Of a DNA stretch of 64,000 nt, positions 26,315-40,408 are shown piece by piece. Every line of letters starts with the position of its first letter. Positions within the stretch are counted from its first letter, which is position 1. Under the pieces are notes generated by a model. That model searched no databases, was not told the origin of the DNA, and saw only the letters and a program-made list of their open reading frames with translations. Position numbers and translations under genes: made by a program. Origin of the DNA: Octopus sinensis (Eukaryota); NCBI RefSeq assembly GCF_006345805.1, contig NC_043017.1, forward strand, positions 23,436,001 to 23,500,000, given 5' to 3'.

Positions 26315-26497
26315 ATTCCAATATTTTAAATCCGGGTTTGTCCCCATTAACAAGGGTGGCCAGATCTACCTCACTCTTATAGCAACTGTTCTCATACCAT
26401 CTTGCCCGCTTTTGGGCGTCCTCTCTCCTCAAGCCAAACCTCCCAATCTCCTCCTCCACCTGTCCCTTCCGTGTTTTCTTTGGTCGACCTTGCTTTC
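26315..26497 (-). mobile_element. 3' end of a second RTE-type LINE nested in an older RTE-tail element
   Basis: GRPKKTRKGQVEEEIGRFGLRREDA..RARW...DLATLVNGDKPGFK; host element resumes on both sides. Confidence 0.75.
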
Positions 26498-27337
26498 GCG
26501 GTAAACCAGAAAGCCGCACTAGGCTCCAGTTGTCTATTTTGACATGGTCTCTATGGTCAGATGCCCTTCCTAACACCAACCACTTTACAGAGGGTACTGG
26601 GTGCCTTTTACATGGCATCGGCAAGGGTGCTTCTATGTGGCACTGGCACAGGTGCTCTCTTTACATGGCACCAGCACATGCTTTTTAGGTGGCACCAGCA
26701 CAAGTGCTTTTTACATAGTGCTGGCCATGTAAAATAGGAACAAACAAAAAAATTCATTTTCAAAATTAATTGAAAAACATTGGGAACATATTGCATTCAA
26801 AATATGGTCATAGAAAAGTGAATATGAAATAGAGTGTTGTATGCACACACACTCTTTAAACAACATCTTTTATCCACTTGGGCATGCCACCCCTCAATAA
26901 TTATATGCTAATATATACAAGTAATGATCACCTTTAATATCTCATCTTTTCAATAGGGACTGTTATAACCAATTCTTCCCCTATCGCTCCCACCCATTCC
27001 ACACACACACACACACACACACAGGTACACACACAAGTGCACACATGCACACACACACAAAGTCTGAAGCCATGTTCCTATGATAGAAATTAATAATTAT
27101 ATATTATGATTCGCACAATTATAGCTAACTAATTGAAAAGATGAATCAATGATGTTCCAGGAAACAAACTAATTTTCCAATAACTGTGATATACACTAAT
27201 TAATCATGCCAACATATCAATGTAATATTTCATAAAAATATAATTTATAAATATTTCTTATTCATTAATCGTATATTATTTCTCATCATCATCATCATAA
27301 CTATAATATCCATCACCATCAACATTAGTAACATCAT

Positions 27338-27740
27338 ATACTCTTTTACTTGTTTCAGTCATTTGACTATGGCCATGCTGGAGCACCACCTTTTAGTTGA
27401 GCAAATCAACCCCAGGTCTTATTCTTTGTAAGCCTTGTACTTATTCTATCGGTCTCTTTTTGCCGAACTGCTAAGTTACGAGGACGTAAACACACTAGCA
27501 TCGGTTGTCAAGTGATGTTGGGGGGACAAACACAGACAAACACACACACAAATATATATATATATATACATATATACGATGGGCTTCTTTTCAGTTTCCG
27601 TCTACCAAATCCACTCACAAGGCTTTGGACGGTCCGAGGCTATAGTAGAAGATATTTGCCCAAGGTGCCACGCAGTGGGACTGAACCTGGAACCATGTGG
27701 TTGGTAAGCAAGCTACTTACCACACAGCCACTCCTGCGCC
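27338..27740 (-). mobile_element. SINE family A, full length
   Basis: Same consensus. Confidence 0.9.
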
Positions 27741-29383
27741 TATGTATATATATTATTATTATTATTATTACTGAGTGAGAGAGCAGCACATGCTAACCAA
27801 AGTGACACTGGAGTACAAACATATGAAGCCTCACATACCCATCATGATTACCTGTCTGATAAGGGTACACCAAGCATCTACAGTGCAACCATATGTGCAC
27901 AACATGGTGATCTCATATCAAGATAAACAATGCATAATCTAGAATGTGGGGCCCAGTTAAAATTTTCTTCAAGTTGAGTAGCCCATCCCACTCAAAAGGT
28001 CCCTGAATGAAGTTTGTATTAGGTTGGTATCAAAAATGTTAAGGCTGATGAACGAAACACCCATGTTTCCAGAGGTGAATTATTCAAACCTCAAAGAATT
28101 CCTCTCAACACATGGCTATGATGCTCCCTCCGCTTACTCCTGCTCGTGATCAGAGATGCACATATCGTCAGCCAGCAAGGGACATGCTCAACTGGTTACG
28201 GTCAAACAACTGACAAGCAAATGTGTGGTATTGAGCAGAATATTTGCTATAGCCCATCTTATATACCAACACAGAACATGTACATAATAACACTTCCAAT
28301 CAGTTAAGAGAGCCAGTGCTTGGTATTGCATTAGGGCATTTATTATTATTTGTAATACTCTCTCTCTGGCTGGGTAACCTTGTACCTCCTCTACAGCAAG
28401 ACACCTGTTTCTGTCTCTCAGTCTCATTATAACCTTTCATCATCAGACACAAAAATCATCTCCTCCAATGACCCCTCCCCTCTAAAAAAGTTTTTGTTTT
28501 GCAGGTTACTTGGTGATCCTGTTAGTGCAGGTGCCACTTAATAAGCATCCAGTCCACACTGTAAAGTGGTTGGCATTTGGAAGGTCATCCGACTGTAAAA
28601 ACCTTGCCCTAACTGACCTCACCTGTGTTTGTGCCACGTAAAAAGCACTAAGTCGACTCTGCTCAGTGGTTGGTGTTAGGAAAGGTATCCAGCTGTAAAA
28701 ATCCTGCCAAAACAGTCACAAAAGTCTGGTGTGGGCTTCTGCCTGGCTGGCTCCCATCAAACTGTCCTACCCATACCTGCATGGAAGGTGGACATTAAAT
28801 GATGATGATGATGATGTAATACCATGATGATAATTTCTAACATCATCATCACTATTTATATCACCATCATCTACATCATCATCAGCACTAACTACTCCAC
28901 CATTATCCTCATCCTTAAATAACATTATTATCCTCAGTAGCCATTACAACCAACAATAGTTTCAAATCTATTTTCCAAAGAAGCGCATTCAACAGGTTTT
29001 TATCAGTTGCAGACAACATGGCATCTGACACGAAAAATCATCTCCTCCAGTCTACAAGAAGGTCATGTTGTTTTAAACGTTGTTCTGTTTGAAGAGTTTG
29101 ACAGGAGATATGACATAGACAAGGAGAAAACAAATCTTTGTGTTCTCCAGCAATAATTAGACTTTTGTACTAAGCTCTCTCTTGCATGCTCTCTCTCTCT
29201 CTCTCTCTCTCTCTGTTATAACAACACCATATAAAACCATCTAAGTTAGCAGTTTCCCTTCTCTGAAATGCGTGTCTTTCACATATGGAGCAACCTGAGG
29301 CTCTGGCAGAAAGACACTTGTCTAAAATGCCATGCAGTGGAATGAAACTGCAAACCAATGTGGTTATGAAACATATTCCTTAA

Positions 29384-29601
29384 CCCTTTTGTTACTAACC
29401 CAGCTGAAACCGGCTCTGGCTCAGTGGTACAAATGTCCGGTTTTCATAAGTTTTGAATTAAAATCTTCCACCAAACCTTAGTCACAAGTTATGTTCCTAA
29501 TACTAGCTTAATGATAAGTTATTTTACTAAATTCTTTGTTATATTTAAAATTAATTGAAAGAAACACAGAGCATCTCAACAGAAATATGGTAACAAAAGG
29601 G
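29384..29601. mobile_element. piggyBac-type MITE P2 inserted in a family A SINE head
   Basis: TTAA TSD splits the ...TTCCTTAA/TCATACAGCC segment of the host SINE. Confidence 0.85.
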
Positions 29602-31084
29602 TTAATCATACAGCCATGTCCACACCCATAATTTGTTTGTGAAACTGTTTGTTGTGGCTCTTGCCACTTCTACTCCTTTTTTTTTTTTTTTCACAACCCC
29701 AAGGACTAATGTAAAAGGAGCTAAACCCAGTTTCTACGTGACAGCGATTACATGTCCCACTGAATGGGAAGCTTGTCCATCACAGAATTAATTTCCCAGT
29801 GGAGTGGTTGGCGTTAGGAAGGGCATCCAGCTGTAGAAACACTGCCAGATCTGACAGGGCCTGGTGCAGCCTTCGGGCTTCCCAGACTCCAGTTGAACCG
29901 TCCAACCCATGCTAGCATGGAAAGCGGACGTTAAACGATGATGATGATGATGATGTAAGAACACATTTACAGCTAAGTGGACTGGAACAATGTGAAATGA
30001 AATGTTTTTCTCAAGAACACACTGCACTACTTGACTAAGGAATTGAAACCACAATCTTACAATCATGAGTACAACTCAATAACCATTAGGGCATGCTTCT
30101 TCACTTCTGCTTTTTTATTTTATTTCTTTCACTTGTTTCAGTCATTAGGCTGCGGCCATGCTGGGGCACTGCCTTGAAAAATTTTTAATTGAATGTATCA
30201 ACCCCAGTACTTATTTTTTATATAAAGCCTGGTACTTATTCTATCGATCATTTTTGCCAAACCGCTAAGTTACGGGGGAGATACACACTCCAGCACCAGT
30301 TGTCAAGCAGTGGTAAGGGGACAACACACACACATATATACACATTTAAACAACAGGCTTCTTTCAGTTTCCATTTACCAAATCTACTTTCAAGGTTTTG
30401 ATTGGCCTGAAGAAATAGTAGATGACACTTGCCCAAAGTGCCAAACAGTGAAACTGAACCCAGAACCATGTGGTTGAGAAGCAAGCTTCTTACCATTCAG
30501 CCACTTTCTTTTATTCTTTTTTCCCATATTTAATTTACTTTCTATTCCCCTGTGCACTGCATGGTCCTCAGTGAGACAGAATCCTGGTATATTACATTAT
30601 TACATGAACAACACAACTGTAGGTTGTGTTCCATCATTTGACCAATTACCTGCAAGATACAGGTCTGCTCAATCAGAACTAACCCAGGGCTAAACAATTT
30701 CATACTATATTGCCAGCACCATCCGACCGTGGCCGTTTGCCATCCCCGTCTGGCACATAAAAAGCACCCACTACACTCATGGAGTGGTTAGCATTAGGAA
30801 GGGCATCCAGCCGTAGAAACATTGCCAGATCAGACTGGGCCTGGTGCAGCCTTCTGGCTTCCCAGACCCCAGTTGAACCGTTCAACCCATGCTAGCATGG
30901 AAAGCAGACGCTAAATGATGATGATGATGATGAACAATTTTAGGGGTCCTAAAAGGGGTCATAAGCTTTATTCTTCTTCTGACTAAGCCATTGACAATAA
31001 AAGGAAAATATTGAAGGCAATGAAAGGTAGTAACACTATGATATATTCTTGTGCTAATGAACAATTAAATATTTGTCTACTTAC

Positions 31085-31181
31085 GATTTAGTATATTTAT
31101 GAGTCATACATCCATATGGTTGCCATGTACTATATCCTGGGAATCGCCCATCACTCAGTAGCCATTTGCAAGAATCATTGC
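31085..31181 (-). CDS. CASD1: CASD1 exon 2 (GNDSCKWLLSDGRFPGYSTWQPYGCMTHKYTKS)
   Basis: Acceptor TTTATTCCAG|GC, donor TC|GTAAGT; 97 nt; phases 1/2 fit the neighbouring exons. Matches GNDSCEYLLSSGRF...WQPHSCMMHKY. Confidence 0.95.
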
Positions 31182-31246
31182 CTGGAATAAAGACAAAATA
31201 TTTAATACAATCAAAATTTTTTAGTACAATAAATCTATATCAAGAT

Positions 31247-31643
31247 ACTCTTACTCTTTTACTTGTTTCAGTCATTTGACTGCAGCCATGCTGGAGCATC
31301 GCCTTTAATCAAGCAAATCGACCCCGAGACTTATTCTTTGTAAGCCCAGTACTTATTCTATCAGTCTCTTTTTGCCGAACCACTAAGTGACGGGGACGTA
31401 CACACACCAGCATCGGTTGTCAAGCAACGCTACGGGGACAAACACAGACACACAACCACACACACATACATACATATATACGATAGGCTTCTTTCAGTTT
31501 CCGTCTACCAAATCCACTCATAAGGCATTGGTCGGCCCGGGGCTATAGCAGAAGACACTTGCCCAAGATGCCACGCAGTGGGACTGAACATGGAACCATG
31601 TGGTTGGTTAGCAAGCTACTTACCACACAGCCACTCCTGCGCC
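31247..31643 (-). mobile_element. SINE family A, full length
   Basis: Same consensus; begins about 65 nt from the CASD1 exon 2 acceptor. Confidence 0.9.
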
Positions 31644-31736
31644 TATATGATATGAAAAATGTTTTAATATTTACATCTTAGTACAATTTGATCAACTTGA
31701 TTTCCAGTCTTCACTTTTTTTTTACCATGTGTACAT

Positions 31737-32125
31737 AGGAGTGGCTGTGTGGTAAGTAGCTTGCTTACCAGCCACATGGTTCTGGGTTCATTCCCACTGT
31801 GTGGCACCTTGGGCAAGTGTCTTCTACTATAGCCTTGGGCCGACCAAAGCCTTGTGAGTGGATTTGGTAGACGGAAACTGAAAGAGGCCCATCGTATATA
31901 TGTATATATATGTATGTGTGTGTATATGTTTGTGTGTCTATGTTTGTCCCCACAACATCACTTGACAATTGATGGTGGTGTGTTTGCGTCCCCATAACTT
32001 AGCGGTTCAGCAAAAGAGACCAATAGAATAAGTACTAGGCTTACAAAGAATAAGTCCTGGAGTTGATTTGCTCGACTAAAGGCGATGCTCCAGCATGGTC
32101 GCAGTCAAATGAATGAAACAAGAAA
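31737..32125 (+). mobile_element. SINE family A, near full length
   Basis: Head-to-head with the 31247-31643 copy. Confidence 0.9.
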
Positions 32126-34721
32126 AAAATTTAACACAGGTCAGGATTTGAAACTTGATTTCTTCGGTCCTTGTCTATTAGTGATGGTGGTAGTGAAGAA
32201 TTAGACTGACCGAATATGTGATGGAAGGAGTGTAATGGGAGAGAAAGGAAGAGAATTCAGGGGAGAAGGAGTAAAGCGTTTGGGTGAAAGACAAAATTCA
32301 GGTCCTGTGACAAGGTTCTTAGAGGTGACATTTTCACTGGACATCCAGTTCCCTATCGCCTCAGCCATTTGCATTTCTTAGCCTCCTGTACAAGCCTGTT
32401 TTTGTAGTGGTGGTGGGGAGGTGCAAACTCAAGGGTTGCTCTGAGTGGCACACGCTCTAACTATGCCACTGTTCTTAGCCATAACATTATCATCTTATAC
32501 AGAAAATGATTGTCCTCTTGACACAACAGAATCTAGAGACTAATACTGACTTTGCAACTCCACCTGCTTATTTTTATATCATATTGCATAAGCAATAACA
32601 CACCATTGATGGTAGGTTTACTTTGAGATAATCACTGTATTTACAATGGCAAAAATGACACAAGTGTATTTGTGCATCTTGGCTGGAACAATTTCTACAA
32701 GGGATTTTTATTTGACTCCACTAATTTATCAGTATTCCTACCAATATTTGTGTCTTGCACTCTACATCATCAACAGATATACAAACATATATACATGTAG
32801 CAATCATACATAAAAGATACACACAGGCGTACGTACATACATACATACACACAGGCGTACGTACATACATACATACATACACACATATATACGTACATAT
32901 ATATATAACAAACTAACTGTTACTTTCTCAGATGCAGCACGGATTTTTGTCAGTGAACAGGTCGCGGTCTTAAAGTGACGAAAATATTTTGACAAATTAA
33001 ACTTAAATGTTGAAGTGAATCGAACAGTTTTTGTGTGTTTCTTAAATGGCTTACAAACCCCTTCCACGCTGCAATTGTTTTCGTTTCAGCACACGATCTC
33101 AGATCAAATCACTTGCTATGCAAGTACATCTCCGTAATTTATCAAAATAACTAAACCCTTGAGCATAAAAAAATATATTTAAAAATGCTACTTAAAAACA
33201 AATGCAACAAACAAAATAATGTCTCTTTATTTAAGGACCCATAGTTACTTTATCAATGGTTCTGTTTACCAAAAATCTAACAACCAGTGACACAAACATT
33301 TCAGTTCAATGTTTATTTACATACATTTAAAGTTCAAAGGTTATATGGTGCTTCAGTTCACCAGTTGTTTAAACATTTAAAATAAGCTGACATATAACCC
33401 CTTCCCATAAAAATAAAATAAATTAAAAAACATTGAAAAGCATTTTTACATGCTGTAAGGAACAGTTTTAAAAGGTCATGGCATATTTTAGTCCACTGCA
33501 TGTTTAAATGCATAGGAAATGCTACAAGATCTATTTTTCACGTTTTACAAATAATACCATGTTTTGTTTTCTCTTACAAATTTGAAAGAGAAAGAATAAT
33601 TTATGAGTTGTTATTTTAATTAAAAGATGAGTTTTGTGCTGTCCTTTTAAAGCTATGTTGTAAGATTATTAATTATTGAAAAAGAAAGAATTAAGAGTTG
33701 TAGTTTAGCCAACTATTCAAATAATAAAACTTTGCTATAATGTATTGTTATTGTTGTTTGTTCCTTCTCGAGCCATGCCTGGCCCATAAGGGCCGGTTTC
33801 CTGGTTTCATTGGCATATATGCCCAATACATAAGACTGATGACTTGTAGAGAGAGGGGTTTCTTTCTAAAAAAATCTATTTATTTGCAATGATAATTTCT
33901 TGTGACAAACGTTTGATACACCGCCTACACAATTCAAGTCACCACAACAGAGATAAAGTCGAATGCAATGAAGAAGGCCATAAATTGCAGAAAAGTAATT
34001 GTGATTTGTGTATTTACATTTATCATTCTGATTTCTATTAACATTCATTACAGTTGAGTAATTAATAGCTCACATTAATTACAAATGTAATCACAATATA
34101 TGGAGAATCTAACTTCAATAATGACATCACACGCTTTATACTATCTAGCTATTACTCTGTTGTCCATAATATAACTTTCTTTTCTTAATACCTTCATTTA
34201 GTAGGAAGACACTTTCATTTCTAGGCTTGGTAAATACCAACCATAATTGATAACATGGAAGGTACACTTCTTTCAAAAAAGATGCCACGCCCACCCAGAT
34301 ACTATATCCAAAGCTGGGCCTCCCATAAGCTTTTTAATCCATAAAAGCTTGCCGTGAATATACACTGCTGACATTAGACAGCATCTAATATGTCCAGGTG
34401 TCTTTTATGCCATCAAATAAAGTACTTCTGTCAACTAAATATTTCTACTTTCATGTGGCTCTGGAAACACAAAAGTGCCAAAGAGAACAAACTTCTCAAA
34501 TCACAGCTCACTTTTTGTGTAGCTCGTATTTGTATGTGTATACATATAGAGATACATATACACACGCAAGCCAACAGAAAAGTTTCATTTCTTTGTTAAT
34601 AAAGGGAACAGTCAACTTTGTAAAAAAGCAAGATAATAAACACACAAACACATATATACACATACATTTCACACATACCTGCACTGATATATGTACACAT
34701 GTTGTTTTGTAATGGATGTAC

Positions 34722-35100
34722 TCTTTTATTTGTTTCAGTCATTTGACTGCGGCCATGCTGGAGCACTGCCTTTAGTCAAACAAATCAACCCCAGGACTTA
34801 TTCTTTGTAAGCCTAGTACTTATTCTATCGGGCCCCTTTTGCCAAACTGCTAAGTTACAGAGATGTAAACACACCAACATAGCTTCTCAAGTGATGGGGG
34901 ACAAACACACAAACATACATGTATGTATGTATGTATATAAAAAACGGGCTTCTTCCAGTTTCCGTCTATCAAATCCCCTCACAAGGCTTTAGTCAGTCTG
35001 AGACTATAGAAGACACTTACCCAAGGTGCGACACAGTGGGACTGAACTCAGGACCATGTGGTTGGTAACCAAGCTACTTACCACACAGCCACTCCTGAGC
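34722..35100 (-). mobile_element. SINE family A
   Basis: Same consensus, moderately diverged. Confidence 0.85.
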
Positions 35101-35139
35101 ATATATGTTCACATTTATTACATAATTTAATATATAATA

Positions 35140-35177
<38 letters not shown>

Positions 35178-36035
35178 TATATCTCTGCCGGTGGCACATG
35201 ATGATGATGATATATATATATATATATACATATATATATCTGTGCAGGTGGTACGTAAAAAGCACCCACTACACTCACGGAGTGGTTGGCGTTAGGAAGG
35301 GCATCCAGCTGTAGAAACACTGCCTGATCAGACTGGGCCTGGTGCAGCCTTCTGGCTTCCCAGACCCCAGTTGAACCATCCAACCCATGCCAGCATGGAA
35401 AGTGGACGTTAAATGATGATGATGATGATGATGATATATATGTGTGTGTGTGTGTAAAACATTATAATTTGTACCGTTTACAGCAAAATTTAGAAGGATT
35501 ATTTGCATAATTATTCTTAACAAGTCAAGACATATTCAGATGCAAAATATGCTGGTTATTGTAGAGTATGTCATAGAAAAAATAACTTCTCCCATTTATG
35601 ACAACAGGCAGTTCAACACTCTCAGCTCATTGGTGCACAGCATTCTGGGACACCAGTGTTTTGGAATGCTTTAGTCTCATTAATCAGAAACAGCCAGAAC
35701 TCCAGACCTAAACAAAGTTGCTGGCTTTTGTTTATACTTTCAGCAAACAAATTGTTTTCTGATTGGTGCTTATATCTGCTAACTGATAAAAAAAAAAATC
35801 ATTATTTGTACTGTGTGCAGTGAGATCTGAAATGAATATTTGCATATCTACTCTTAACACGTCTAGGCAAGTTCCAATACCAGATATGCTGGTCATTGTA
35901 GTATACACCATAGGAAATGATGACAGTGTGTACAACACACTTGGCTCTCAAATGGCTTGAACTGTTGAAACAGATTTATCTATTTTCACTGCTCCACCTA
36001 CAGATTCAATTTGCAAAGTCCAAGAGAAGCCTAGT

Positions 36036-37482
36036 GCTGTACAAGCCGTGTACAGGGATGCTTTCAGTAAGGTGAAAGTCGACAATGAATATAGTAAAGA
36101 ATTTAGTGTACAGGTAGGAGTCCACCAGGTATTGGTTCTCAGCCCCCTCTTGTTTATCGTAGTCCTCCAGGCAATAACAGAGGAATTTAAGACAGGCTGC
36201 CATTGGGAGTTCCTCTATAATGAGGACTGTCTTTTTATAGCTGAATTACTACCAAAACTACAGAAGAAATTTCAGGTGTGGAAGCAAGACCTGGAATCTA
36301 AGGGCCTTAGAGTTAATTTAACAAAGACCAAAGTCCTAGTAAGGAGGAAAACAGGCAAATCACTGATCTCTTTGGGGAGATGGTCCTGCTCGATAAGTAG
36401 AAAAGGTGTTGGTAGAAACTCCATATAGTGTACCCAGTGCAAGCTATGGACACATAAAAAGTGCAGCAGTATCACAGGAAGGTTAACAGAGAAAGTAGTC
36501 TTTATATGTGACAGATGTGCAGGTACATTAAACACCAGGAATATACAGAAAATAAACTCCCTCAAATGTCTGGAGCAATGCTTGGAAGTGGTAGACAGTT
36601 TCCATTACTTAGGTGACCAAGTTAGGAATGCAGGAGGTAGTTCTGAAAGCATAGTTGCTTGAATAAGAATGGGCTGGGCAAAGTTCAAAGAGCTGCTACC
36701 TTTGTTGGTAACAAACAGACTCTCCCTTAGAGTGAAAAGCAGATAGTACGATGCCTGTGTACACACTGCTATACTACATGGCAGTGAGACATGGGCTGTG
36801 ACGACTGAGGACATGCAAAGGCTTGAAAGAAATGAAGCCAGCATGCTTTGCTGGGTGGGTAATGTCAGTGTATATGTACGACAGAGTGTAAGTGATTTAA
36901 GAGAAAGATTGAGTATACAAGGCATCAGATGCAGTATGCAAGAGAAGAGACTGCACTAGTGTGGTCATGTGATGTGTATGGATGAGGACAACTGCATCAA
37001 AAAATGTCAAATCTTTAATTGTGGAGGGAACATATGGAAGGAGTAAACACAGGAAGATGTGAGATGGAGTGGTGGGAAAGGATCTTCAGACACTGGGCCA
37101 CACAGAGGAGATGACAAAGGACCAAGACTTCTGTGCTTGGGAAAACACACCAAGCTAAGTAAAATCATGGCTGTCCGTGCATACAGGCATGCTCTCTACA
37201 TCCCTCCCTCAGCTGAAAAATCCTAGTCTTACAGCCCTGTGGGTGCTGGTGCCATATAAAAGCACCCATATCAATGCCTTGCACAAGCACTTGTGCCAGT
37301 GACACATAAAAAGCACCCAGTACACCCTGTAAAGTGGTTGGTATAAGGAAGAGCATCATGCCAGAGAAACTAAGCCAAAACAGACAACTGGAGCATGCTG
37401 CAGCTCTCCAGCCTACCAGATCTGGTCAAACCTTCTAATCCACACCAACATGGAAAATGGGTGTTAAATGAAGATGATTATG
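36036..37482 (+). mobile_element. 5'-truncated, decayed RTE-clade LINE (RT C-terminal half, Cys/His finger, 3'UTR, GAT tail)
   Basis: VGVHQ..VLSPLLF; W.FLYNED (decayed YADD); LESKGLRVNLTKTK; F.YLG; GSETW. Has stops and frameshifts. Ends CATGGAAAATGGGTGTTAAATGAAGATGAT. Confidence 0.9.
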
Positions 37483-38873
37483 AACATTTCACCCTGAAAT
37501 CTATAGATGGTATAATTTTCTGTATCCCAACTGGGAAGGCAGCATTCACAAGGGATATATCCAGTCATACACAAATCAATATAGAAAATGCAACTAAGTG
37601 AATGTACCATAGCAGTGCTGGGTTAACTGTTGGGGCTAAGTAGAAGCCAGTTACTTTTCAGAAATAACTATATGTCAAACAAAACAAGATCTATGGAGCA
37701 GGAAGGTCACCTATTGCTTTAGTCGCATGTCAATTAAGAAAAGGGACATGGTCAAATTTTAATCTTGCGGTAATGTAGATCAGCTGGTTAATTTCATAAC
37801 CAGCTGATCTAGCAAGCGGGGCCTCATATCAGTAAGGGGGGCCGGTGTGCATTGATGCCGTCGAGAGATAGGCCCCGAAACGGCACGCATTCTCTCCTGA
37901 TGACCCCATACACTTGCTGGCTTCCAGTATATAGAGCTTTTGAATGGTAGCACTTACATGTGCAAGTTGTTTGCAAGACATCTCCAGGGTATAAAAATAT
38001 TGTCAAATACAGTGAGAATAATTGTTTGCCTAAACAAACGATATTGTAAATTTCCTGAAATAAAGAAGGAATATGTTGCAGTCATAATAATTAGAGATGA
38101 ACTCAGATCGTGTATTTAGGAAATTCATTAATTTGTTTTATGTTTTTAGGAGTCTCTTCTCATGTGTTCATAAACTACATCTTTGTGTACCATTCATACA
38201 GTATGTACTTCACAATTATTTTCCATGTCATATTAAAATCAGTGTTTCATTGTGTTAAGTGCCAAATGAAAGGAATTTGATAAAATTGTTTTCTGTTCCA
38301 CAAGCCTGAAGGATGGTGAAAGTAATGTTGTTTGATTTTCCCTGTCATTCCCATATAGTGCTTATGTTTTATCGTTTAATTAAGCTTGTCGGGGGTGACT
38401 ATTAGTTAAATGCACTTTAGCATTACATGATTGATTGAGGGGACAGGCATGTGTGTTTCTGCATGTACCACTGGCCTTATTTAATTTTAGATTATGTGTT
38501 ATAATGTTTGTTATTTAGGAATACAAGAACTGGCTTAAAAGTTGGTTACTTTTAAGGCAGTTCTTGTTGAAGAGTTTTCTATAGTGGTGGTGAATTAAGT
38601 AATAGTTATCAACTAAGGTTAGAGATTTTTGTTAATATTAGTCGTGACATTTACAAAAAAAAAAAAAGATACAACTCATATAATGTTGTGGGATTTATTC
38701 TCATTGTGATTTAGCAGGGGTTTAGGGATGTAAGTAATTTTATCTTTAAAACCAATGTTATTAAAGCACTATTGTAATAGGGAGTTGCCTATTACAAGGC
38801 ACTGTTGTAGTAGGGAGTGTAGGGCAGCAAGACTGGATCCATCTACCTATACAAATAAAGAATGATCCTATGG

Positions 38874-39092
38874 CAGTGCTTTTCAATCTTTTTGCTGGAG
38901 CGGAACCCCAAGGAAACATTCCACCGGCTCGAGGAACCCCTGTGCAATAATTTAATAGTCTTATGCACACATATCTGCACAGGAGAATTAAAAATTACTG
39001 CCGATTTTAGCAGTTTTGTAACTTCTTGCGGAACCCCTAGACTGTACTGGCGGAACCCTAAGGTTCTGCGGAACCCTGGTTGAAAACCACTG
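38874..39092. mobile_element. hAT-type MITE
   Basis: CAGTGCTTTTCAA...TTGAAAACCACTG; 8-bp TSD TCCTATGG/TCCTATAG; subterminal GGAACCC repeats. Confidence 0.85.
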
Positions 39093-40371
39093 TCCTATAG
39101 GCTCAGCTGTTTTTTGTTTGTGTGTGTTATTTTTTATATTAGTACCGAGGCAGAGTCCTTAGAAACTCTGTGTGCATAATAATTTCTTTGTTGTCTGACA
39201 CAACAGAGTAGAAACTGAGAGATCAAAGGGTAAAAATCAACAATATCGAACTGAGTGACCCCCAACAATGTTTATTATTAAAATACTTAAACCAGTTAAT
39301 AACTGGACTACTTTCCTTCCGTTTCTGGAGTCTGGTTGCGTTTCTAATTCAATTACTAATCTTACTTTAGATATTTATCCTGATTAGCCCTATCTCTTTT
39401 AGCTAGATGAAAACACATTTTCACTTAGAAGTAGAATTTTAGTGAAGGTCTTTAAGTTACTCGTCACGCTTAGCTAAACATTCTAACCTATTTTCATATA
39501 ACAATTTTTAGGTTTGCTTTTACCTCCAATATTTACATTGTATGTGTGCAGTCTTCTGACTAGCCAGCCCCTCACAAACCGTCCAACAGATACCAGCATG
39601 GAAAACGGACGTTAGATGAAGATGATGTTGATGTACATTCGCTAGTCTGTCCATACTTGGTAGTAATATTCTTGTTAAGTAATTATGTATGTGTTATTTC
39701 TACTTCGTGTACATTGTTGGTATTTATTAGAGAAAATAAAGTATACATATATTTTTTTAATTTGTTGAGGTACATAATGTCAGCGCGAAGTTTATTTTGA
39801 AAGATGTAGCATACATGGAGAAGTGTGTATTTTAGAGGCTTGTTTCGAATAGTATTAGGTTTTCAATCTTTGTGGAGGTAGACTTTATTGATACCCTTTA
39901 CCTGTATGTGTATGGTACACAGGTAAATAGATAGTGTCATACAATTCATAGCATACTCTGTCTGATACCTCGGGTCAATCCTCATTCCAAGCCGCCGAAA
40001 AAAAGAAAAATCCCGGAGTTTAATTTCATAGTAAGACTAAATACTGAATATTAACTATATAATGCTATATTTATATACACATACACACACACACCGTATC
40101 GTATCATCTATCAGTATGTGGATATGCGTCCTCATCAATCTCATCGTTCAGTTACAATTAGTGGTTTCGGAATGAATTCTCAACGCGACGGTGCGAGATC
40201 TCTCTCAATCCCTTTTGAATATATATATATATATACACACACAAATATAATATTAGTATTTACTGAATCTCAGTTTTTTATGCGCTAAACCACTTCGTGT
40301 TAAGTTGATGTTATTAAATTAATATCCAATTTTTTCACCCTTATTTTGATTTTATATATATATATATATTC

Positions 40372-40408
<37 letters not shown>

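Noticed and set aside
28040-28070. CTGATGAACGAAAC as a minimal hammerhead
   Set aside because: No stem I or III. The related repeat at about 47040-47100 reads GATGTTGAACGAAAC, so the motif is a chance variant.
37818-37927. HDV-like ribozyme fold using GGGGCCT/AGGCCCC as P1
   Set aside because: No P3/L3 or P1.1 (GG after P1) elements in the required positions.
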